A DNA stretch of 58,451 nucleotides, counting the filler, from Sphacelaria rigidula (lineage: Eukaryota), in assembly GCA_964200075.2 (NCBI GenBank). It is 10 parts of 10 records of this genome, joined end to end, with 100 filler letters (N's around TTAATTAATTAA, not from the genome) between each part and the next. Parts side by side here need not be neighbours in the genome. Positions count along the whole stretch, not along the records: positions 11,712 to 17,466 come from CAXNAA020024700.1; positions 17,567 to 23,321 come from CAXNAA020024701.1; positions 23,422 to 29,176 come from CAXNAA020024702.1; 7 more parts are not named here. One strand, given 5' to 3'. The notes beneath the pieces are model-generated. The model worked only from the letters and a program-made list of their open reading frames with translations, had not been told where the DNA came from and did not search any database. How positions within the stretch are numbered: position 1 is the first letter of the stretch; every line of letters begins with the position of its first letter. Of this stretch, positions 11,764-24,600 are shown in pieces. Both the position numbers and the translations under genes were made by a program.

Positions 11764-12595
11764 CATAGATGATCGGCTGTTTGGAGTGTCGCAGTAAGCT
11801 ACGTAATGCGCGATCATCATACTTTTGTGTTATTCGTGCTTGTGTTTGTATTTGTGTATGTGTTTGTCGTTATTTTGTTGTTATTGCCTCAGGTTTTGAG
11901 AGTCGTTTGAATTGTGTGGACGAACTTCATAAAAGTGAAACTCTCTAGCTTTCACAGATGTTGCGAATTCGGTGTTTGTTACCGTGACCACCTCTGAGCA
12001 GACGGGAGGACGCGCGGTGGAGCAACGAAAGGTAGCTATGATCCGGTTTGCCTGCCGTACTACTGCCGACAGCGTCGCGTGACAGCCACAAGACTCTTGC
12101 TGTCGGCCGTTGATGGCGTGGGTCTCGAATGCAACGACATGTGGTTGATCGTAGAGCACTCTCGTCTCTCCTCTCAAGTTGTGATAATCCATGATCTCCT
12201 GACATCGGAATAATTATTACTTGTGGGAAGCTACTCCTACTGTACCGAGCTGTCCACGCGACCACCGTGTGCTGCAGATTGCCTATGCGCCACGCTAGCA
12301 ACAGTTAGGTCACCACCATAATAGGTATCGTTTTCACTCCCCATGTCAAAAAGGTCTCTACAAGTGTTTGATCTCTCATACACCGCCTCAACTGGCGTGT
12401 GGCAGGCCCTTTTGCTCGGGCGCCCGGCTGGGGGAGGTCGGCGAAAATCAACGATGAATAACACCCCCTAAGTTCAAATTGGATATATCTGTTATTGCCG
12501 CAGCACCGCCGTGGCTGGTGTGTGTGACAGAGAACAGTAGTAGCGGTGACGGGAACATTGCCCTATTTTTCAACATACTTTTCAGCGCACAGAGG

Positions 12596-12657
12596 CGCGT
12601 CCTGTCCAAGAGGAGAGGCAGAGAGGGTTCGATCTTCGCATTCGTGAGCTCGAAAGG
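12596..12657 (+). CDS. Candidate isolated exon (RTEARPVQEERQRGFDLRIRELE), unknown product
   Basis: Acceptor tttttcag| and donor AAG|gtaaga. A similar candidate lies at 11958-12031. Confidence 0.3.
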
Positions 12658-15131
12658 TAAGAAGAGACGATTGGTAATCGCCGAGCGAGGACACACAAAG
12701 GACACGGGCGAGGAGTTTCCTCTCTGTCGCTGCTTCTTCTCTCTCTGGTGATATCGTCATCGACACGCGTGTACACCACATTCGTTAGGGGCACCTAGCC
12801 ACAGCTGCTTAACTGCTGCGGATATTTGGGGGGGAAGATGGCTTCACTCCGTCGCAGGTGTTTCGCGTCTTCCCTGCAAAAGAGAAATGCCACTTCAAAC
12901 CCATATATTGTATGAACCCCATTCTCTAGGATCCATTGTTATTTGCTGATGACACCATTTTGGGTGATCACCTTGAACCAGCCTGTATTCTGTTCTTTTT
13001 TTGCTGCTCCTGACCACGGACTGGATTGCTGCAATCAGCTGAAATGTGAGATAATCAATCAATCAATCAACCAATTGCATGTACCAAAAGGGCCACACTA
13101 TTTTATATGTACGTTGACCTTGGATGGACGTGTGTTTCAACCCTTGTTGGACCGCGGTGAGGGTAGTCCATCTGGATCACGCATAGTTTTTTCAAGTGAA
13201 TATTGATGCCGATTCAGCAGGTAACCTACCCTCGCGGTCAAACGGTTGAGACCGATGCGCACAGAGGGGGGCTCGCATCCAGAGAACCCTGCACCACCTT
13301 CGCCCTGTTCTAGCGGGTACAGACATCTTTCCAGGAAAAAATCGTTTGCGACATGTGCTGTGACGAATTTCGTGCATGATGCGGCCTTCTCAACCGTGGA
13401 GCATCGCCCGTGAAGCTACCTGTTGAAGCTGACAGTGCCCAACCCTCTTCCCACGAAGATCTTGTCTCTGAGCACAAGAGAATGGAAACGTCGGAACACG
13501 ACTAGAGCTACTAGAAAAAACCGCCAAGAAACGGCCTTATCGATACCACGAAAGAAGCGGGGAAAGGAACAAGCTTCCAAAAGAAGCATGTTAATTGATC
13601 AGTTTGTGCGAACGCGTGGCGACTGCGGGACAGAGAAGATCTCCATGAACTTGGCACAAGTGCGGCTCGTCTTCCACAACCAACATCAGGAGCTGTTGGA
13701 GAGGGCTATTTATGTGCTGGATGTGAAAGATAGCGTCCAGTCTGCAGCGCTTCGTGTGCACCATTGGAGGTATAGTGATAACTTGTTCCCCAAGTTGTAG
13801 ATGCAGTACCTAGAGCTCAGATTTAAGCGCTACCCGTGATATGCGGAATTCCGGCTCGACGCAAGAGTGCGCCCACCTCATGGTAGCGATGATTCTCGCA
13901 ACAGTCGACCATTGTTAGTGGAGCACCGCTCTGGCTAACTATGCAAACGTACAGCAGCGTTTTCCCGCGGCAGTTGTGCCCTTTCTTTTTGTATTGTCTA
14001 CGCCCTTCTTCACAACTAAGACAAGCGGCACACATATGAATGATGTGCGCATGAAGCAAGCACGTTATCTCCTGCATAGCCCGGCAGGTATCATCCTGCT
14101 ACGGAAATCTAGAGTGCTACTCGTACTACTGTTGTACAGCGTTACAAAAATAGGACAATCGTGAGAGTACTTACATGAATCATGACAGCTGCAATCGCCC
14201 CCCCCCCCCCCCCCCGGATGTCACTGCACCCCTCTTGGTCAAAGAGAAAAATGCCGTGTTGTTTGCACGGGAACTGCAAGACAGTCCGTGACGACGAAGT
14301 ATTGTCTTGGGGTAACATTCCCGGTACAGTACAGCACTCGATTACTCGTACTTGGTGTGATTCTGTATTTTTGCGGAGAAAAAAGACCGTGAAAACAGCC
14401 GGAAAACCGTAATATGTCGCAGACTTTCAGAAAGTCCAGCAGATTCTCGAGAGGATGGAGCATGGTTGGGGTTGCCTGGCGCAGATTTCCAGCAGGAATA
14501 GGATAGCGCAAACTTGCGATTTCCCCGGGCTAAAATGCTGCAGATACACAGACAGACCTCCTCCTTTCAGGGCCCTGTGCTTCGTACGTGTTGTGTCACG
14601 TTTACACGTGCGCGTGTCACGTTTCACGTCAAAAGTTAACCCTTTTGGGACCGGGCCTCCAGAACGACCAATGAGGCTGGTTGGGAATGACGTGTCTGGC
14701 GTCTGCGCGAAACAGCGGTTTCATGTTGCTGAAAAACCACGTATGTAATCGCAGGGTTATGAGGAAGGCGGAAAGTTTTTTCGAATCTATTCTCACATGC
14801 AGGGTGCGCATTAGGTCATGTACATCTGATGTACGGGGTAAGAAGCAGTATGAGTCGCCGTAGAGAGCATTCAACAGGATGCGGCGACCGGCGGGCCGCC
14901 CGCCACTTGTGACTTGGGATGATATATTATTATTATTGTCCCCATCACGTTGCCACATAGCCCCTTGTGTCCGGGGTGGGCCGCGATTTCCCTCTTTGTT
15001 GTTGTTGCTATCTTCACATTAAAAACCGTTCCGATATCTGCGCAGCATTCGCTACTGAGCATCTGATGCAGACGCATTCCGTGGTCACAGGCTATCTACC
15101 CCAAGCTACGAGTGGGATAAACGAAAAAATC

Positions 15132-16334
15132 CACGGGCAGGTCAAGAAGAGTATACTACTCAATATTCAGTATTTTTCGAAGAGTCATACTTTTGGTACT
15201 CAAATTTTGAGTGTAGTATTTGAGGTCGTACTCCATCTACTCAAATTGTTGAGTAGAGTATTGGACGTCGTGCTCGATTTCCTCAAATTTTGAGTAGAGT
15301 ATTGAGGGCATACCCAAGTGATACTCTATACTCAAGTATTAGTGAGAGTGCTTACTCAATATTTAAGTAGAGTATTTCAGGCCGAGCTCGACCTACTCTA
15401 ACATTGAGTTGAGTATTTGCGACCACACCCAGTCTACCCGAAAGTCGGGTAGAGTGCTTGAAGCTGGACCCGATGTACCGAAATCTATAACTTCAACTTC
15501 AGTATTCAAGTTCGTACGCAACATACTCAAACTCGGGTAGAAGAAATACTCTGGTATTTCCAGAGTTGCCCACCCATAATTAGTGCCGATCCACGATCAA
15601 ACTTCAGCAAACATTTGGATCAGGATCGAATGGTACAAAACTAGGGTAGAACGAATATTGTGGTATTGTCGAAGGGCGTTCAGATTGTAGCGTGTAAACT
15701 GGCGGGGGTACTGGAAAGCGTAACAATCTCATCAAAGTATTGAGCAGTCGAAGTCTTGCACTGTTCATTCACCTTCACGCTTTTTTTTTATTTTTTCATG
15801 ATCATCATTCGCTCATACTCCTTGTAGCCTGTACAGTATAATGTAACGCCAGCCATCTAATTGATGGCCATCGTTCACCCCTGTATTCAGCATCGTCTGT
15901 GACGTGACGTCACGAAGTCACCGACGGTCACGGATACTCACCATACCCAAGTGATACAATATACTCGAGTATTACTGAGAGTACTCACGCGATATTGGAG
16001 TAGAGTATTGGAGGTCGTACTCGATCTTCTCGAAATTGAGTATAGTATGGAGATCATACTCAAGTGATACTCTATACCCAAGTATCACGGAGAGTGCGTA
16101 CTCAATATTTGAGTAGAGTATTTGAGGCCGTACGCGACCCATTCACACTTTGAGTAGAGTGTTGAGGTCATACCCAAGTGATACTCTATACTCGAGAATT
16201 ACTGAGAGTGCTTACTCGATATCTGAGTAGAGTATTGAAGGTCGTACTCGACCTACTCAAAAATTGAGTAAAGTGAATACTCGAGTATTTTACTCGAGTA
16301 CCCAAAAGTACATACTCTACTCGACCTGCCCTTG
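15132..16334. mobile_element. Non-autonomous hAT-like element (1.2 kb), same TIR family as 8438-8639, with internal ~113-bp tandem arrays
   Basis: Ends CACGGGCAGGTCAAGAAGAGTAT / ATACTCTACTCGACCTGCCCTTG; repeat units start at 15309, 15942, 16055 and 16169. No clean TSD. Confidence 0.75.
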
Positions 16335-17058
16335 GACAAATAATAATATTAAAAAAATAATACTACAAAAATCTTTGTTGCAAGCGGCAAATTGTCCTCA
16401 AAGGGTGTGGGCGTCGCGGCGCACATACATAAAGTACTGTGCAGTGCAGTACGCCTCTCCGACTGCAGCAGCAGCTATCGCTGCATACTCCCTTGCACGT
16501 TCTGGGCAGTTATCTGCTACCGATATCAGCCGCCTATATACCGCTTCCCCCACTACATACATGTTCCCGTGTGTTATACAAGGCATCGGGAAAGGGGTAG
16601 GCAAAACTCATGACGATAACTCTTTCTCTCCTTGCACGGCCCAGCTGTGTTCAGTTCCTCGTGAAAATGACCACATTGTAGCATGTACGCTTTTCGTGCT
16701 CCCCCCCCCAATCATGCGTTGGTGTAATTACTATGTTCTATTATAGGCTGGTGACCCAATGAAACATCCGGGGAATCTCGGGAGCAATATACTGAGAGCA
16801 AGTGAAACGAGGAATTGTTCCCCGAGCGTCCCGGCTTTGCATAGCTGGGAACGCTTCTCTGGGCCAGGGCCAGGGCCCCCACACGATCTTGGCAGTGACA
16901 TGAAATTCGCTAGCAATCCCCGCGCTGGTTTGTTCGGGTCTGGTCGATAAAATTCGCCTCACCGTGATTGGACAGGTCGCTCGCTTCGTGACCTATTTTT
17001 TATTGCTTCACTAGCACATGGTCAACCCCATGTTAGTTGGGGGTCGGTCCCACAAGGG

Positions 17059-17175
17059 TTGAGCCAGGCTAGTACTGCGGTAGGGGACGGGGACCACGTG
17101 GGGAGCTATGTTCAAAAGTCAAGTCAAATCGGGGCTCCCCACGGGGTCACCCACCGTATTACTAGCCTAGCTCAA
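17059..17175. mobile_element. Short fold-back / MITE-like element
   Basis: ttgagccaggctagta..gtggggagc pairs with gctccccac..tactagcctagctcaa. Confidence 0.6.
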
Positions 17176-17209
17176 ATTTTGAGGTGAACCGTGAATTTTG
17201 AACGTGTAA

Positions 17210-17381
17210 GGCCAACTCTTATGGGAGCGTTTGAAAATTTATTTTGCAACAATTTCAGAGGAGTTTTTTTTTTCTGTCATCATGGTGAACAGGCACAAAA
17301 TACACAACTACGGCAAAGAAAAAAAAAGTCGTTTAAAATTATTGCAAAATGAAATTCTAAACGCTCCCATAGGAGTTGGCC
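17210..17381. mobile_element. PIF/Harbinger (Tourist-like) MITE
   Basis: TIR GGCCAACTCTTATGGGAGCGTTT / AAACGCTCCCATAGGAGTTGGCC with a TAA duplication on both sides. Confidence 0.85.
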
Positions 17382-18709
17382 TAAGGCCGGATGTTATGGC
17401 GAACAGATTTTTGCGTACGAATTTTTGTTCAGCGGCCGCTCTCGAAACCTCGGAGCCAAGCGAATCNNNNNNNNNNNNNNNNNNNNNNNNNNNNNNNNNN
17501 NNNNNNNNNNTTAATTAATTAANNNNNNNNNNNNNNNNNNNNNNNNNNNNNNNNNNNNNNNNNNNNAAAAAGGCTACACAACCCCCCAAATAAACCGCTT
17601 TTATACTAAACCCCCCAAAAAATGACACGGGGGGGGGGGGGGGGGGGGGGGACCCCCCTTGATAAGCGGGGATTAGCATTACTCCCTTATAAAAACTGAT
17701 GCTACAAGTCGTATTTAGCACGTGTTTGAGGTGTAATGGGCACTGTATATAGACGAAAAAAACGTGAACTCGGGGGGAAAATAATAAGGGGGCAAATATT
17801 TTTTTCGACAAAACGGGGGGTTAGGGGTGGAGGTACACAGGTGCGCGGGATTTTCTCTCGTGCACCCCTGACATCCTTTCAAATCATGAGACACTGGCGT
17901 ACATATCAGGATGCAAACGGCGATAAAAGAGGACTACGGGGTCACCGTGTCTTCATCACTCCCCATGCAGCGCTGTTCTCTGAGGGTGTAAAGCGTCCTG
18001 CAGCTGCAGCGGTGCTGTGCTGCGTGTGCTTTTGTAGACTGAGTAGCCTACCGTAGAGGATTACACTCGGGCCGTAGTTTGATCCATTCGAGAATTTGAT
18101 TGGAGAAATAAAGATGTTCATTTTTTAATTACTCCCGAAGTCATGTTTTCGCTGATGGTGATGAAGAAGGGTACAGTAGTAGGAGAGTGATCAGGTGGGC
18201 GAGCACCAAGTGTGCGAGCCTACTGATCAGCTAATGAACTTCCAGAACTTCCACACGTCTAGAACACTCGCGGGATATTACAACCGATAACTCCCGATCA
18301 ACCCCCCGACAACTTGTTCTGGAAACATAATGTACCGCAGAATATACCGCAGACTATTTCTGGAACACTCAAATGATTTCTTACTTGTTTACGATAACCT
18401 ACGATGTATAGTAGTCGTTACCAATGACTGACATTGAATATTCCAACACTTCCCCACATACACAGAATCCGGAATCATCTAGATCTAGGGAGAATGTTCG
18501 GGAAGTGTTTCCAGAAGAATTCAGCATACTTACAGCAAGTTCTACGGAGATACAGCAATCCGTGTACTAGTCAGATCCTTCTCTTGGTTGCACCTGTACT
18601 GCTATTGCTGTTACTGCTCAGACTGAGACTAGTTGCTGAAATCATCAACAAAGGTAAATCTGTGTCTGATCGCTTGCATTCATACATACCATTTCCCTGA
18701 CATTCTCAC

Positions 18710-18865
18710 CTCCAGCTTGTAGCCGAAAGTCCGTGAAGCACCCGTCATGATTGTTTCGGTCGTGTCTCCCGGACCCCGAACCAGCAATCCTCCCGGCGTA
18801 GTGTCCGTGGGCAGCGCGGATGGGGGCAGTGTCGGCCGCACGTACACCTCGCCGCTGATATCATA
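18710..18865 (-). CDS. Internal exon of an unidentified gene (YDISGEVYVRPTLPPSALPTDTTPGGLLVRGPGDTTETIMTGASRTFGYKLE)
   Basis: 156 nt, phase 0-0, acceptor ggcag|TAT after a C-rich tract, donor GAG|gtgaga, GC-rich codon usage. Confidence 0.65.
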
Positions 18866-19308
18866 CTGCCGGCAAAGCGGTGGGGGGGGGGGGAGGACTG
18901 TGGGTCTAGGATTGTTTTCTCGACGCCCCTGGTTCACAGGATAATGCAGACACCGTTCAAATCGTTCTCAGCTACCACCGCAACCCTGCAACATGGAGCA
19001 CGAGTTGAGCACAGGGATACATACACTACAGTAGTTGAGTGTGCTTTGTTTATTTCTCGTTGGCGAAAGTTTGCGCATCTTCTCTCATGGTGGGCATCAG
19101 GGACAGAACTGCGTGGTGTGGCGGGCAACCGAGTTGCGTGAAAAAGAACACCACTGCAACTCGACGATGATGAAAATTACACATAAAAATAGGCACTGGG
19201 CCCGCAGATGGGGGCAAGATTTATGAGTTGCAAAGTTTTTCGATTAATCAGAGTCTTTAAACACACTAAAATGCGGCGGCTTTTCTTCAACCAGATGAGA
19301 GGTACAGG

Positions 19309-20134
19309 TACGAGCTGGGCCAGCCTGGACACGGATTCATGCTCTCAAAGCAATATCTCGTCGAGACGAACGAGTTGGGCCATGATCCGCATATTGTATT
19401 AATCGTCTAACCAAGGGAAAGGTGCCCATTTGCTCAAAATATTGGGCCCATATTTTATCGTTGATTAATTCCCATGCCTAGTAATTCCCATACCTAAGGG
19501 AGATGGCGTCCATACAACAATCTTTATGAAATCCCCCGATCGATGCATTCAGCGGATGGCGACGAATTTTGGTGTGGACATTCCCTGGAGCACGGGGAGA
19601 CGATACATACCCTCACCTTCACCTAGTTTCTAATCTATCTCGAGATGAGTGGCGCACATGAGTTTACGCACTAAAATCAGTATATTATACGCAGATGCGC
19701 TAGATTAGCTAAACCTGGATATCGCGTCTCAGTTTTCGAGAGTTATGCTATAAAATTTCGTATGGACAACCGCTAGTGCATAATACAGCTCATAAACACG
19801 GCTTTTTCATTTTTTTCCGGTTTTTTGGGGTAGTTTTGAGGAGATATGGACATTGCTTCCGAGCCTCATCTCAATTTTTGAGCTCAATTTTCAGGATTGT
19901 AATTTGAAACTCGGAAGAAAGAACTACAGGTATGCTGAATGAAAAAATAATGGGCCCTCAGTTTTCTTCTTCTTTGGGAGAGGTTTGGGCGTTCTCGTCA
20001 AACAATGGCGGTTTCTATACTAAACAGCCCTGAACCAGTGAAAAATAAGAAACCATCAACCTGCCCTAGCCACGGCCCACAAAAAGGTTCAACACACAAA
20101 CACCAAACGTGGGCCGGTAAGTGGCCTGCAAAAT
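19309..20134 (+). repeat. Dispersed ~0.85-kb repeat (second copy 37358-38235; inverted fragment 23050-23137)
   Basis: Colinear shared blocks such as cgagctgggccagcct, ccctggagcacggggagacgata, ctggatatcgcgtctcagtttt and gcaaaatact. Confidence 0.85.
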
Positions 20135-20179
20135 ACTGCACAGGAATTTATTCTGATCCCCTCACTGAACGGCCCATTA

Positions 20180-20424
20180 TACGGCCAATACTTAGAGTTT
20201 GATCCTGATTCGTATGGATAACGAATAGCGTGATAAAAAAAGTATGTCAGTGAACACATAATTTGTTTTTCATGAGTTGAGGGCAATAATCCGTTTTCAG
20301 ATATCGGTAAAGTGCCCGTAACTCACTGGGGGAAAAAAAAACTTTATGCACTGGTGATTTTTCTATCATGCCCTATTCATTGTCCATGCCAAAGTTCAGG
20401 GTCCAACTCTAAATATTGGCCGTG
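20180..20424. mobile_element. MITE-like element
   Basis: acggccaatacttagagtt / aactctaaatattggccgt terminal inverted repeats with further internal pairing. Confidence 0.65.
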
Positions 20425-21659
20425 CACAGGTAATGGGCCTGCAAACTACAGAATCGCAGATATTCTTAGAATATCGAACCACAAATGGCGATACGGGTGG
20501 TTTTGCCGATATTCCGGAAATGAAACGATACGTAACCGGTATCGATATTCGATACGATATGGCTGTTTTGGTATGGCCGCAGTGCACAAGACGGAGCAGT
20601 ACACTGGCGCATTGGCGCCGTCACTCACTTTTGTAGGCCGCTCAAGATACGACATCCCCTAGACAGGTTTTCAAAGCTAACCTTGCGAGGATACAGCTTT
20701 GATTGGTCCACACATTGCGCCGCTGCGACACCGACAGCTGCTACCGACAATAAACGAGGATACAGCTGCTCCGTGCTGACTCAGTTTCTTTATCCGAACC
20801 TGCACGAACCCGCCTGGCGTGTCTTCCCCGATCACAGCACCCGACTATAATTGAAGTACCAGAGAAGACTCAACAGACAGCTGTACAGCCGTCATGGGAC
20901 CATTGTTTCAACCTTTCTTCGTTCCGACAGCACCTTGATTTCACCTCATTTCTGTGCAGCCCGAAACACGGCATGCAGCAGCACGCACTCTCCAGTGCAC
21001 ATCGCATCGTGATCGTTGTAGGGTGTTAAGGTGCCCAACAGCACAGCGAAAACTACAGCATAGAAATGGTGGGTTTGGGGAGCCTTATTCCTTTGACTCG
21101 AGACGAAACAGCCAACACACAATACACCACGAACGTTTCAACGGCGTGTAGAGAGCACTGCGTGCCGAAAATATCATTTTTCATAGAGACGGACGGAAGT
21201 GCAGTGTAAAGCAACTCAGGCACTTCCAGCGGAGATCAAACCGTCTCCACAAAGGCCTGAAGACACCACAGCGCAGCGACAGCTACAACGTACAAGGCGG
21301 AGCACAAGTGTGTTTTGCGCTGCGGCGCAGTGGCACAGGACATGTCTCATTCGATAGTTCTTTCTCTGATTTCAGGTAGGTCCTTGATTTTTACCCATTG
21401 ACGACTTTCAAATGCTCGGCCATAACCGCGCTTCGCGCGAAAATATTTCATTTCACTTTGAGTTACCCTTATCTGCGGGAGTGGAGCAAATATGTACAGG
21501 CACCTGCCGAAAGAAGGGGTAATAAATACTGAAAAAAAAGAAAAGCAGGCGTCACAGGGGATATGTACGTGTTGCCACCGAGAGGGCGTGGAACCAGCAA
21601 CAAACCCACGCACCATCGTATGTAACCACCTGAAGTGACCCAGCGACAATCCCACTCAC

Positions 21660-21669
21660 CTGGAGTGTT
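21660..21669 (-). CDS. Candidate 10-nt microexon
   Basis: gttttgcag|AACACTCCAG|gtgagt; joined to exon 18865-18710 it reads xTLQ|YDISGEV. Confidence 0.5.
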
Positions 21670-24600
21670 CTGCAAAACGCGCGAGAACAAGGCGGCCGGC
21701 TTCGGTCAAGGGCATGGTGGGGAATGAAGACTGCTGTTTATGGAGCGAATACGGGAAAGAGTGGCTGATGTTGTACTGAGTCCATGGGGCTGAAAATCGG
21801 TCTCGAGTGGACGGTCGCACCCCAGCGAGCCAATACTCTGTCTAGACCACAATTTTTAGGTGGCACTTTGAAGCACTGTTCACGGGCATACGGGCATATT
21901 TACAGCATCGATCGAAACCCCCTTGATCATTTGTGCACACTTAGGGGCATATAACCCCCAGAATACTCATTACAGATGGACTATGAAATTTCGAGTTCAA
22001 GTCTGTGCTTCTGTGGTAATAACTCTGCGGGGCAGAAGTTTTTACACTATATTCGGTGTATATGGATAGCATTTGGGAAAATTGCATCGTCGGGGTTCCT
22101 CTGCAGTGTTCTTGATGGCGGGGACCGGACGCAATAGTATGCGAGGCAGTTGCAGCAGCTTGCCTCAACCGTCTTGTCGTGCCAACATCGAGCACCGCAC
22201 TTGCGCTGCGATATGTCAAAAGAAAACAACGTGCAGATCAACTCGGATGGACCCGCATGGTCGCTGGCGCATCTGCACGTCGGCCTGAGGGGTAGAGCTT
22301 GAAGATACCTTACGCGCAGGTGTCTGCACAAGACGCAAGAAAAGCGCAGGTGTCTGCACGAGTCGCAAAAAAAAGAATCCCCCCCCCCCACCCTTCCCTT
22401 CATATCACACAGCCCGCCACACCGGGCATTTCTGAGGCGGCAACTCGCGCCTGGCGTGATTCTCCTACCCATCGGCTCCACACAAGATCGTACGACAAAA
22501 GAGAACGTCGGAGCGGATGCGATTTCTGAGAATTTTACGAAGGTGAGTCGAACCGTCAAAAATCTGGCTCAAAAGCCCTGGGTAGTTTATAGCTGCAGTG
22601 TAACCGAATGTTGACAGTAGCGCGTGTCCTGTCACGGCTCGGCCGGGGGCACAGTTTCGCTTGAGACTCTGCCGGACGCTACCCGAGGCTGCGCCGTGGT
22701 GGGGGGAACGGAGGATGATGTCCGTTATATACTAAAATGGTTGCACGTAACCATGAACCACTTAGGATGTCAAGTCACACCCGTTGCGTCGCTCTGGAAA
22801 TAGACCTGAACCCCAACACTAACTGTGAAGCACCACCATGGAAGTACTCAACGTCCACGGGCTTTCTGATCCGCGGCTGGCCATGAATTTCCCCGTTCCG
22901 GGATTCGAGCATGTCAGACATACACGCCAAACCATAATGTATGGCACACAATAGCCACCGCCCGTAAATGTGTGTCGATGCGCCCATTTCGACACTGCAT
23001 ATCTCAGGAATCACGGCGGCTGTCGGGCGAGGGAAGATTCCGACTACGAATTAGGTGAAGGTGAGCGTATGTATCGCATCTTCGTGCTCCAGGAAATTTG
23101 CACGCCAAAACTCGTCGTCACCCGCTGAATGTATCGATCGGAGATTTCATATGTTTTTTTTTCATGTGATGAGGTGTCATGAGGAAGGAAGAATGAGAGG
23201 CGTTATTTGTTCCTTCAGACAGTTCTGGGGCAGGTTGGCTCACAGATCACTCGATCCAGCCATGGGAATGCTCCCATAGTTCTGGGGAAGGTTGATGTAC
23301 AGGCTACGTTCTATGGAAGATNNNNNNNNNNNNNNNNNNNNNNNNNNNNNNNNNNNNNNNNNNNNTTAATTAATTAANNNNNNNNNNNNNNNNNNNNNNN
23401 NNNNNNNNNNNNNNNNNNNNNAAACGTCGATCCTGAGGTGTTTTGAACTACGGCGCGGTCCTCTAAGCACGCGGTCCTCTCACGCATTACAACCTGGTCC
23501 CACCCCCAAAAAGGGCACGGATCTTTTTCCAAAGAAATTATGACTGCCCTCGTTTCAAAGCCTTACCCAAACTGTTTTGAGGACATCTGAGAAGGAAATG
23601 AAGGAAGCAACTACCATCGCACGTGACGGGGAATCACATTCGTGGGCGGCAACGTTTTTCGGCAAAATTCAGCCGAAAATAAATCTCCGGAACTCTCACA
23701 AAATCACATTTTCTAGAATTTCCCCACCTGATTCTTTTCACGAGAGCCTTTCAACGACGTGGATGTCGAAAGCATTGAGCTACGAAACCTAACCGTCGGA
23801 GTGTACTCATGCCGCTACCTCCGGCGCAGTACGTACCCTTTGTCGGCTAGATGCTCCACTGACCATCTGCTGAGCTCACTCATGCTCTCAGCAAAACCCT
23901 CGGTCGCATCTCCCTCTACTGGCATGTCGTCGATCGTCCCACGCCAACCGCCGAATGACCCTCGGACTCTGCAATCACAGTAAGCCGTTAAACCATAAAC
24001 AAGGGGAAAGGGAGAGAGGGCACTCGAAATTTTCGCGCTGTAACTATTGGGCGGTTAAATGCACTGCGCGTACTCAAGAGGGCGTAGCATCGCTCTTAAA
24101 ATGATGCTTGAGGGTGGCTAATCACTGTGGTCTCCGCCGAAGGTGCATCAAAATAACGCATGTATGGGTGCGGAAAACAAGTCAAGCAGCTTCATGAACG
24201 CCCTCACCCGAGGATACTCTCCGGCATATTTTCCCCTACGGGCTGAAATTCAAACTCTTTTTGGCAAAGTCTGTGGCCCCGCTATGTCAGTAGGTAGCTC
24301 CGACGACGTGAATAGTGAGGTAAGGCAATAATATTCAAGAAATTACTACTCAAACCATTCCGCCACTGCCTAAGACTACAGCAACAGAGTTGCCAGGCAA
24401 GCTGCAAGTAGTACTGTCAAGGCGACTTCACAGAGGGACGTTTTCCATATCCCTCACAAAAGAGGACAAGGTAAAAGACGCAGCTGAATCAATTCCTTGA
24501 AAATCGAAATATTTCACTCCAAGTTCTTCATATGGGAGGCCTCTTGATACCAGGTTCACTCACCACTTGCAATGACCCTCATCCTACAGTGATACGGACA

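Noticed and set aside
15132..16334. CRISPR-like array
   Set aside because: Units are contiguous degenerate tandem repeats without unique spacers, bounded by TIRs, in eukaryotic DNA with no cas genes.
18153..18650. Solo LTR (TG..CA)
   Set aside because: No TSD, PBS or second copy. The similar candidate at 33869-34331 fails for the same reasons.
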